Source: Ktedonobacteraceae bacterium (GTDB taxonomy: Bacteria > Chloroflexota > Ktedonobacteria > Ktedonobacterales > Ktedonobacteraceae). Taken from it: a stretch of DNA of 39,962 nucleotides. Location of the stretch: positions 1 to 39,962 of the forward strand of contig JBDTHH010000662.1 in assembly GCA_039937055.1 (NCBI GenBank), written 5' to 3'. How positions within the stretch are numbered: the stretch's first letter is position 1; every line of letters starts with the position of its first letter. Both the position numbers and the translations under genes were made by a program. Below are positions 8,731 to 15,778 of the stretch, one piece after another. The notes beneath the pieces were generated by a model, which made no database searches, had not been told where the DNA came from, and saw only the letters and a list, made by a program, of their open reading frames with translations.

Positions 8731-9788
8731 GCTTTTTCTCCTTTACTGACAGGGCGTAGGTCGCGGATGGCACCATGGAGCTTCATGAATTGCGCGGGCG
8801 TGAGAGCCTCAGTGCGCTCCAGTATCTCACGTGCGCGCTCGTCCTGCCGCATCTGCTCTTTCTCTTCATCGGTCAGCGTCAGGATGCGCAAACTGAGAAT
8901 TTCGTCGATCTCACCTCCATCGAAGAGGGGGCCGGGACTTTCTGGCGCAATCTGTGGATAGTCGTACAGGATGATGGGCGATGATACGAGCGCATCACGC
9001 TCTCCCTGGTTACCGACCAGCACCGGCCAGGTGTGGCGGTTTTGACAGGCCCTGACGAAGGGTTGCAACTCCTCAGGTGGCTCCAACAGCGAGATGAAGG
9101 CACCTTGACGTACCTGTAAGATAGTATGAGTGGAGACGAAGGATTGGAACACGGCAGCATCGCGCCGGTTTGTCACTCCGCCGGTATCGGGTGTCCTGTT
9201 TTCGATGTGAACACTGAGCTTGAAAAGATGCTCACCAACAGGCTCCGCTGCAAGGATAACGGCTCCCATAAGCGGTTGCTGCTCCAGAACGCTACGTGTC
9301 GTCAAGGGGGGAGAGCTTCCAGGGAGCGCGTCCGCATCATCCACGATACGGCCACCGGGAAAAGCCATCTCCACAACCCTGGGCCGGGCCACGAGTTCGC
9401 TCAATGAAAGGTCGAGTATACTCACCTCGCGTTCCACACCCTCCTGCTGTGGTTCGCCGGCAAAAAGGCCTGCCAGGCTCCACTCGTCAGCGCGCGCCTC
9501 GCCATCATCGACCTTCACGGGTTCGGGCTGCACAACAGTACGCGTAAGCAGGTGCAGAAACCTCACGGTGATAGCAAGCGATATATCTTGTAGCTCTCCC
9601 TCCAGCAGGCATTCGGTGTGCATTGTCCAGGGCTCTATAGCGCCGTTCGCCTCGCTATACTCCCGTGGATAGACCACGCCGAACGTCCAGCGGGTCCGAT
9701 TTTTGATGGCAGATTGCCGGTACGGATAGAGCAGATAGCCCTCGTAGAGCACCGCGTTAGCGATTTCCTTGATGTGTTCTATCCTCAT
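8727..9788 (-). CDS. Conserved hypothetical protein (353 aa) of the hydrogenase accessory block
   Basis: ATGA overlaps at both ends, on the operon strand. N-terminus MRIEHIKEIANAVLYEGYLLYPYRQSAIKN. No recognisable catalytic motif. Confidence 0.75.
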   Translation of the reverse strand: MRIEHIKEIANAVLYEGYLLYPYRQSAIKNRTRWTFGVVYPREYSEANGAIEPWTMHTECLLEGELQDISLAITVRFLHLLTRTVVQPEPVKVDDGEARADEWSLAGLFAGEPQQEGVEREVSILDLSLSELVARPRVVEMAFPGGRIVDDADALPGSSPPLTTRSVLEQQPLMGAVILAAEPVGEHLFKLSVHIENRTPDTGGVTNRRDAAVFQSFVSTHTILQVRQGAFISLLEPPEELQPFVRACQNRHTWPVLVGNQGERDALVSSPIILYDYPQIAPESPGPLFDGGEIDEILSLRILTLTDEEKEQMRQDERAREILERTEALTPAQFMKLHGAIRDLRPVSKGEKA

Positions 9789-10435
9789 GGTTGCACCTCC
9801 ACGCCACTTGCCTGCAACAGGCGCCCAAGAACATCCTCCCAGGTGGGAAGGCCATGGGTGATCTTATACTGGTAGAGTTGGTCGAAGACATCCTTATGCA
9901 TGCGAATCCAGGCGCTGTTGGGAAAGGAGGTCTCTATGGCTTCTTTCCAGAGCGCGACCGGCAGGCGATAGGTTGCTTCCTTCGACCAGGAAATTTGCGC
10001 GATCTGTACATTGTCTGCCTCGCCTTCATAGAAGATGGTGCCACTGAACAGGAAATTCAGAGGAATGTCGCCATCCTCCAGGGCATTGAAGTACTTGGTG
10101 CTCACCACCTCAAAGTCGTAGAGGCAGGGGACAGCCAGATCGAAGACGGTGTTCCCTGAGAAACGGGGCACGACTGCGGTGACGATGGTCCACAGGAAGG
10201 TGCGCAAGGTCGTGCCCCAGCGTGCCGGCTCACCAAAAAGCTCCTGCAGTTTGGCCTTCTCTTCGGCCTGGTAGCGCCTTTGTGTCACTGAGAGCATAAT
10301 CTGGCACTTCAGGTTGACGTTATGGATCTTCACATCTTCGCTCGCGTTGGCGATGCGCATTTTGAAGATGAGCATCGGCAGCACACTATACTTTGCAACC
10401 TCGGCGCCGGTTACCTCAAAGCTCAGGTCTAGCAT
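9785..10435 (-). CDS. Conserved hypothetical protein (216 aa; tentatively DUF6084-like) of the hydrogenase accessory block
   Basis: The start overlaps the upstream stop (TAATG) and the stop overlaps the downstream start (ATGA). The family name is from memory of annotations in group 1h loci and is not verified. Confidence 0.75.
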   Translation of the reverse strand: MLDLSFEVTGAEVAKYSVLPMLIFKMRIANASEDVKIHNVNLKCQIMLSVTQRRYQAEEKAKLQELFGEPARWGTTLRTFLWTIVTAVVPRFSGNTVFDLAVPCLYDFEVVSTKYFNALEDGDIPLNFLFSGTIFYEGEADNVQIAQISWSKEATYRLPVALWKEAIETSFPNSAWIRMHKDVFDQLYQYKITHGLPTWEDVLGRLLQASGVEVQP

Positions 10436-11162
10436 TAGCCTCTCCTCCAGGCAGGAGGACTATATGCCGGAGAGGTATCCGCAGCGTCCCCTTCTACCGT
10501 GATGGCCTTCTTCCGCAGGTCTGCGAAGAAGCCCGCGATAGCCTGCCAGACCTCCTCTCCGCCGCTCAGCCCTTTCCACTTGAGCCGGATCAAGCCGACA
10601 AGCTCGTAGCAGGCATCTATCGGCACAATATAGTGCTCACGATAGCTTGCGCCGCCCCGGTTCTGCACCCGGTTGATCAAGAGTGCTTCGACGTCAGGCT
10701 CCAGGTCGTTCAGGATAGGATTATTGCTGACAAGCGCATCCCACCCTTCCAGGGTGAGCGTAGACTCCATAGCCCCTGCCGGACTGGGATAGTAGGCCAT
10801 GATACGCCTGGCGCCTGTGCTGTGAAAGTATAGACCATGTTCACCGGAATCAGCAGTTCTTCCCACTGCTCATCCGTCATCTGGAAATCCGGCAAGAGCA
10901 GCGCGCGCGAGGGCACAAGTCGATACTTTCCCTGTCCGGCTCCAGGGTCACCAAAGAGGATTGAGCAGGGAATACACACACAGATCAGCGTATGGCTGGC
11001 GAGTGCCAGCAAGTGCCGGTGCTGCGCGGGAATCCCCGCGCTACATAGTTCGCACTGCTCCGTCGGAGGACGCATTTCCCGTTTGCGCGTGAACTGACGG
11101 AGCACATCAAGGGAGGGAGCGGAACGACCCTCACCGCTGTTTGTAGGTTCGAATGACGACAT
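10435..11162 (-). pseudogene. Conserved group-1h accessory gene (tentatively DUF5947-like) split by a -1 frameshift into ORFs 10710..11162 and 10435..10866
   Basis: The two ORFs overlap by 157 nt in adjacent frames. The N-terminal part has CELCSAGIPAQHRHLL..LICVCIPCSILF..YRLVPSR..LIPVNMV. The C-terminal part continues ..YFHSTGARRIMAYYPSPAGAMESTLTLEGWDAL..PDVEALLINR..YIVPIDACYELVGLIRLKWKG, reading as one protein of about 240 aa if one base is restored near 10828..10838. Confidence 0.6.
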
Positions 11163-11173
11163 GCTTGCTCACC

Positions 11174-11791
11174 TCATCTTACGTGTGGCAGTCCCTCCAC
11201 CACGCTCCATTCACCATCTCGCTTCGTCGGGCTGGCAGCATCCTTGTTCCGCCGTGGGGGAACGAATGTCACCGGTATGCTTGCACGCCGGGGTGGATCG
11301 CTGACGCCTTCAACCTGGATCCCCTCAAGATCTGGGGCCGCTTTGTAGAGGGCCTCCTCAATTGTCGATTTGAGTGTCATTGTTGAGCTGGAACAGCCAT
11401 GGCAACTGCCTTCGAGACGTAGATAGGCGACGCGATCCTCAACCTTGACGAATTCGACATTGCCCCCATGCGACTTGAGAGAGGGCCGTACTCCGTCCAG
11501 CGCCTGCAGGATGCGCGTTTCGAGATCCAGGGGATGCAGCCCATGGAGCAGAAATAAGGAACCTAACAGGTCGTCGCTCGCGAAGGTGTCGATTAATGCG
11601 AGACCCGCGGCGTCTGTCTGCGCGGTCATTTCGAGCAGCCGTGCCAGGGCTTCACCATACATAGTCAGGAGTGCCTGGACAAGCTCCTCAGCCGTGGCGC
11701 GCGCTCGTGAGTCAGGGAAAGCGGCTACCTCCTCGACCAGTTCCTCGATACGTGCCGCCTGGCGCTGGTGCGCCTGCACTTCTTGTGGCAT
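11174..11791 (-). CDS. NifU-like (Nfu C-terminal domain) putative iron-sulfur protein, HhyE-like
   Basis: 205 aa, SD agaggaga upstream. C-terminal ..LKSHGGNVEFVKVEDRVAYLRLEGSCHGCSSSTMTLKSTIEEAL is the NifU/Nfu CxxC domain. The position after the structural genes matches mycobacterial HhyE as I recall it. Confidence 0.85.
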   Translation of the reverse strand: MPQEVQAHQRQAARIEELVEEVAAFPDSRARATAEELVQALLTMYGEALARLLEMTAQTDAAGLALIDTFASDDLLGSLFLLHGLHPLDLETRILQALDGVRPSLKSHGGNVEFVKVEDRVAYLRLEGSCHGCSSSTMTLKSTIEEALYKAAPDLEGIQVEGVSDPPRRASIPVTFVPPRRNKDAASPTKRDGEWSVVEGLPHVR

Positions 11792-11825
11792 GACCCATTC
11801 TCCTCTTTAAGCTTCCCAGATACTA

Positions 11826-11856
11826 CCCTGGGCCAGACAGTGTTTCCGGCCCAGGG
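11826..11856 (-). promoter_or_regulatory. GC-rich intra-operon stem-loop between the structural genes and the accessory genes
   Basis: ccctgggcc (11826..11834) pairs perfectly with ggcccaggg (11848..11856). The stem is extendable to 11 bp with one G-U, giving a 9-nt loop. No U-tract follows, so it is more likely an mRNA-stabilising or processing element than a full terminator. Confidence 0.4.
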
Positions 11857-11891
11857 AATGGCAGTGTGATGTGCTGCCTGGTATGGCTATC

Positions 11892-12125
11892 TCAGGGTGC
11901 CTGCAAATGCGGGCTATCCGGGTCCACCGGTTCTTTCGGATTGATGCCCGTGGACGGCTCTCCCGTCAACGTACCAGCGGGGCGTTTAGCTTCCCCTGTG
12001 GCACCGGTATCCTGGCGACCAGCCTCCTTGCCCTCCTTTTTCTTCCGTTCCTCGCCTTTAGGCGTGCCCGGTATATGTGCAGGTTCAGGTTGAGCCGGAG
12101 CAGGCGATTTCTGCTCTTCTGCCAT
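11892..12125 (-). CDS. Hypothetical 77-aa Lys/Glu/Pro/Gly-rich (probably disordered) protein directly downstream of the large subunit
   Basis: ATG preceded by a strong SD (gaggagga, 6 nt spacing), on the operon strand. MAEEQKSPAPAQPEPAHIPGTPKGEERKKKEGKEAG..GINPKEPVDPDSPHLQAP. The low complexity makes the coding status uncertain. Confidence 0.45.
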   Translation of the reverse strand: MAEEQKSPAPAQPEPAHIPGTPKGEERKKKEGKEAGRQDTGATGEAKRPAGTLTGEPSTGINPKEPVDPDSPHLQAP

Positions 12126-12221
12126 CGTATTCCTCCTCTTACTATCCTTTGCAATGAATTGTTGCCCCTTGCAGAGATGAAAGGTTACGTTACAGCCACC
12201 CTCCCGACAGAGGTAGCGGTG

Positions 12222-14018
12222 CTATTTCATCTGGCCAAATGTTGGTGAGATGACCTGCTGAAGCTCTTTCCCATCACCCAGGTACATGTGAACACCACAT
12301 GGCAGGCAGGGGTCAAAGCTGCGCACTGCCCGCATGATGTCGATGCCCTTGAAGGTATCCGGGCCGTTCTCTTCGAAGATGGGTGTGTTTTGCACAGCAT
12401 CCTCGTAGGGGCCAAGCGTGCCATAGCTGTCGCGCACACTGCCATTCCAGGGCGTCGGCGGATAGGGATGGTAGTTGGCGATCTTGCCGTTCTCGATGAC
12501 CATGTGGTGGGAAAGCACACCGCGCACGGCTTCGTGGAACCCGCAGCCAATGGCCTCCTTTGGCACCGTGAAATCGCTCCAGGTCTTGGTGTGGCCGGCA
12601 CGCACCTCATCGAGCGCCTTCTCGATACAATGCAGCGCGACAGCAGCAGCGTAAGCCTGGAAGTATGTCCGCGCGCGGTTCCGCTCGATAGCATTGCTCC
12701 ACTTCGGGATCTTCCACTCGAACTCGACCGCCGGCTTCAAGGCGCTCTTGGGCAGTCGAATCTTGACACTGTGTCCGGTTGCCTCGACCAGGCCTCCCAG
12801 GTTCACGAGGCCAGCCAGGGCCGTTGACCACAGGCGAGCGAGGGGACCGCCGCCAGTATCCAGAGCCAGGTACTTGCCAGTGCGCTTGTCGTACCAGCGA
12901 GGCGACATCGTCCAGCTATATTTGTCGTTGAAGTCGCGTTTCTGCGGTTTGGGGATGGTGGTCTGATTCCAGGGATGATGTTTGTCGACCGGGTTGCCCA
13001 GTGGGTCGCGATCGACGAACATTCTCTGGTTGCCCCAATCCTCGTAGTAGGAACTTCCCAGCAAAATACGGATGCCCAGGTTGATATCTACCAGGCTGGT
13101 AGTGATCAGCTCGCCATCCACGATAATGCCAGGCGTGACGAACATGGCACGGCCCCATTTTTCCATGGTGCGATAATCGAAGTCGCACACGTCGGGGTCT
13201 TGCCACGAGCCCCAGCAACCGAGGAGCGTTTGGCGGTAGCCAACCTGCTCGTAACCGGGAAGGGCCTGGTACCAGAAGTCGAACAGGTCGTCATGCATGG
13301 GCACGACCTTCTTCATCCACTCGACGTACTTCATGAGGCGCACCAGGTAGTCGGTGAAGACCTGGACGGTGGCGACGGTTCCCACGCCTCCTGGATAGAG
13401 GGTCGAGGGATGGACGTGGCGACCTTCCATCAGACAGAATGCCTCGCGTGTATAGCGGCTGACATGCAGCGCCTCGCGGTAGAACTCGCCTGTGAAGGGG
13501 TTGAGCGAGCGCATGATGTCGCCGATGGTGCGATAGCCATGATCCGCGGCGTGGGGCGCTTCGGTTTTATTGGCCAGCTCAAGCACACCGGGATTGGTCT
13601 CTTTCACCATCTGCTCGCAGAAGTCAACGCCGACAAGGTTTTCCTGGAAGATGTTGTGGTCGAACATGTACTCCGCAGCTTCACCCAGGTTGATGATCCA
13701 CTCACCCAGGGCCGGAGGCTTTACGCCGTACGCCATATTCTGGGCATAGACGGAGCAGGTGGCGTGGTTATCGCCGCAGATGCCGCAGATGCGGCTGGTG
13801 ATGAAGTGGGCGTCGCGTGGGTCTTTGCCCTGCATGAAGAGGCTGTAGCCCCGGAAGATATGGGAGCTGCTATAGGCCTCGACGACCTTCTTCTGCTGAA
13901 AGTCGATTTTCGTATAGATGCCCAGGCTGCCAACGATGCGTGTCATGGGATCCCACGACATCTCTACCAGTTGCGGCGGCGGTGTCGGGGTCTCTTCGCG
14001 TTTCGCTTGCGTGGTCAT
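12222..14018 (-). CDS. hhyL: [NiFe]-hydrogenase large subunit, group 1h/5 (Hhy-type; nickel-dependent hydrogenase large subunit)
   Basis: 598 aa, SD aaggag upstream. L1 motif TSRICGICGDNH and L2 motif SFDPCLPCGVH, followed by a 21-aa C-terminal tail (MYLGDGKELQQVISPTFGQMK) of the kind removed by the endopeptidase. Confidence 0.97.
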   Translation of the reverse strand: MTTQAKREETPTPPPQLVEMSWDPMTRIVGSLGIYTKIDFQQKKVVEAYSSSHIFRGYSLFMQGKDPRDAHFITSRICGICGDNHATCSVYAQNMAYGVKPPALGEWIINLGEAAEYMFDHNIFQENLVGVDFCEQMVKETNPGVLELANKTEAPHAADHGYRTIGDIMRSLNPFTGEFYREALHVSRYTREAFCLMEGRHVHPSTLYPGGVGTVATVQVFTDYLVRLMKYVEWMKKVVPMHDDLFDFWYQALPGYEQVGYRQTLLGCWGSWQDPDVCDFDYRTMEKWGRAMFVTPGIIVDGELITTSLVDINLGIRILLGSSYYEDWGNQRMFVDRDPLGNPVDKHHPWNQTTIPKPQKRDFNDKYSWTMSPRWYDKRTGKYLALDTGGGPLARLWSTALAGLVNLGGLVEATGHSVKIRLPKSALKPAVEFEWKIPKWSNAIERNRARTYFQAYAAAVALHCIEKALDEVRAGHTKTWSDFTVPKEAIGCGFHEAVRGVLSHHMVIENGKIANYHPYPPTPWNGSVRDSYGTLGPYEDAVQNTPIFEENGPDTFKGIDIMRAVRSFDPCLPCGVHMYLGDGKELQQVISPTFGQMK

Positions 14019-14061
14019 GAAAACTATCTCCTTGTTAATAGGATTGGGCGCCGTGTGCTCT

Positions 14062-15090
14062 TTATCCTCTCCACGTTGGTCGATAGCCAGTGGTCAGTTC
14101 CCGGCCCGTGTGTCGCCAGGAGGGTTCCTTGTCGAGGGTGTCGTTGGTTAATTTGCGTAGACGGCGCAGGGTGCCGCCCCAGATGCTGACGACGGCGGTG
14201 GAGAGCTTCGCACCTGGTGGCTCATCCATAAAGGGCATAAATTTATCAGGGAAGCCCGGCATGGTACAGCCAATGCAGATGCCGCCAACGTTGGGGCAGC
14301 CGCCGATACCGTTCATCCAGCCGCGTTTGGGGACGTTGCAGTTGACGACGGGTCCCCAGCAGCCCAATTTGACGAGGCACTGCGGCGAGCCGTACTCGGT
14401 GGCGAACAGGCCCTCTTCGTAGTAACTGCCGCGATCGCAGCCTTCATGAACGGTTTTTTCGAAGAGCCAGGTAGGTCGCCCGACATCGTCGAGCGGTATC
14501 ATCGGGGCCATGCCCCCTGCCTGGTAAAGAAGATAAAGCACGGTCTCCATGAAGTTGTCAGGCTGGACGGGGCAGCCGGGGACGTTGATGATGGGGATAC
14601 CGGCTTTCGATTTCCAGTCCCAGCCCAGATAGTCAGCGACACCCATAGCGCCGGTAGGATTGCCCTGCATGGCATGAATGCCGCCATAGGTGGCGCAGGT
14701 CCCTACGGCTACCACAGCCAGCGCCTTGGGGGCCAGGCGATCAATCCAATCAGAGACAGGAATGGGTTGATTGGTTACAGGGTCAACGCCGAGGCCTGAC
14801 CAGTAGCCTTCGGCCTTGATCTTCTCGTTTGGCACCGAGCCTTCAAAGACGAGAACGAAGGGGTCGAGTTCACCCCGCTCGGCTTTATACCACCACTCCA
14901 TAAAATCTTTGCCCCACTCGTAGGCAATACATTTATTGTGGATATGCACTCTAGGGATGCCTGGAATAGCCCCTAGAACGAGATCCTCAATACTGGGTTG
15001 GGTGGCTGCCGTGACTGAGATAGTGTCTCCCTCACATCCCAGTCCCTCTACAATCCAGATGATGTGGACATCCTCCACTTTGGCCGCCAT
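14062..15090 (-). CDS. hhyS: [NiFe]-hydrogenase small subunit, group 1h/5, no Tat signal peptide
   Basis: Track ORF 14062..15120. I moved the start to MAAKVEDVHIIWIVEG (ATG at 15090, SD aggagg 6 nt upstream), giving 342 aa. Motifs: GLGCEGDT, VGTCATYGG, VPGCPVQPDN, CPNVGGICIGCTMPGFPDKF. Confidence 0.95.
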   Translation of the reverse strand: MAAKVEDVHIIWIVEGLGCEGDTISVTAATQPSIEDLVLGAIPGIPRVHIHNKCIAYEWGKDFMEWWYKAERGELDPFVLVFEGSVPNEKIKAEGYWSGLGVDPVTNQPIPVSDWIDRLAPKALAVVAVGTCATYGGIHAMQGNPTGAMGVADYLGWDWKSKAGIPIINVPGCPVQPDNFMETVLYLLYQAGGMAPMIPLDDVGRPTWLFEKTVHEGCDRGSYYEEGLFATEYGSPQCLVKLGCWGPVVNCNVPKRGWMNGIGGCPNVGGICIGCTMPGFPDKFMPFMDEPPGAKLSTAVVSIWGGTLRRLRKLTNDTLDKEPSWRHTGRELTTGYRPTWRG

Positions 15091-15778
15091 GTTGTACCTC
15101 CTGAAGCGTGTTCTGCTCATGGTCTCCCAGTATACTGTAATACAGTATAAGTGGAAAACATATTATAAGTACGACAAACGAAGGTAACGGTGAGGCATAT
15201 GCCACCTCGGGTGATCGGCGCATCATGCGGTGCGGGGTAGATTTTCGAGTAGGCTACACAGCAACCTGACCCATACTTCTTCCAAAGAAAGCCAGGATTT
15301 CAGACTATAGGAAATATGTATCTGCATCGAGGGGAGACACATATTCCTTTTTGCCCGCTAAAATATTTAGAATTATACTTTATTCCTGGCCCGTAATGAC
15401 TAGCAGAATCATCACTTTTCGATGATAACATATAGAAATACAATTATCAAGGGCTAATTGTTTATGCTTCAGTTTAGCGCTACAGTATCTCTGGCCTGGA
15501 GCTTCATAGTTCTCCTGCTTGCCTGAGAACGAGTGATGGCCATTTCCCTTTTCTCAAGTGCGTTCGCCCCTACTCAGGCCCCTCATAAAATCAGTATACA
15601 AACGGCTCCCAAATTTGGATGACATCCATGTACACTGGGACTGTGTTTGTATCAACCGGGGTCTGGGTGAAGAGGTCGATTCTGGTCACACTCATGCGCC
15701 ACACGTGATAAGATAACATGGAAGAGTGTCGAAACCGGCACCTTTCTTAATTTGAGCGACGCTAACGGAAAGAGTTTT
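15091..15778. promoter_or_regulatory. 688-bp AT-rich divergent intergenic/control region between hhyS (-) and the carboxylase gene (+)
   Basis: No convincing ORF, and visibly AT-richer than the flanks. Candidate hhyS promoter on the minus strand: -35 TTCCAC (15151..15156), 16-nt spacer, -10 TATACT (15129..15134), about 38 nt upstream of the ATG. Several short hairpins are also present. Confidence 0.45.
15131..15149. promoter_or_regulatory. 19-bp perfect palindrome tatactgta-a-tacagtata (candidate operator) overlapping the putative hhyS -10 element
   Basis: Read directly from the sequence as 9-1-9 perfect dyad symmetry. It lies in the spacer/-10 of the candidate promoter, 41 nt upstream of the hhyS ATG. 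Confidence 0.35.

Noticed and set aside
10710-10866. Programmed -1 ribosomal frameshifting in the split accessory gene
   Set aside because: There is no X_XXY_YYZ slippery heptamer and no obvious downstream pseudoknot or hairpin at the inferred switch (..aacatggtctatactttcac..). An indel is simpler. I kept it as a finding, but not as recoding.
12975-14189. A 404-aa ORF on the + strand, plus similar long ORFs at 5789..6523, 15652..16347 and 15692..16438 and their mirror twins
   Set aside because: These are antisense shadow ORFs lying fully inside strongly supported genes (hhyL, hypF, carboxylase). They give Arg/Ala/Gly-rich low-information translations typical of GC-rich antisense frames, with no SD and no motifs.
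14062-15120. Possible twin-arginine (Tat) signal in the extended small-subunit ORF (MSRTRFRRYNM...)
   Set aside because: The RFRR stretch is not followed by a hydrophobic h-region or an AxA site. The SD-supported start is the downstream ATG at 15090 (MAAKVEDV..), and group 1h small subunits are known to lack Tat leaders.
15309-15352. AT-rich hairpin (aggaaatatgt ... acatattcct) followed by TTTTT on the + strand, as an intrinsic terminator or sRNA 3' end
   Set aside because: The stem is weak and bulged, the loop is 19 nt, and there is no identifiable upstream gene or promoter on that strand. It is mentioned only within the intergenic-region finding.
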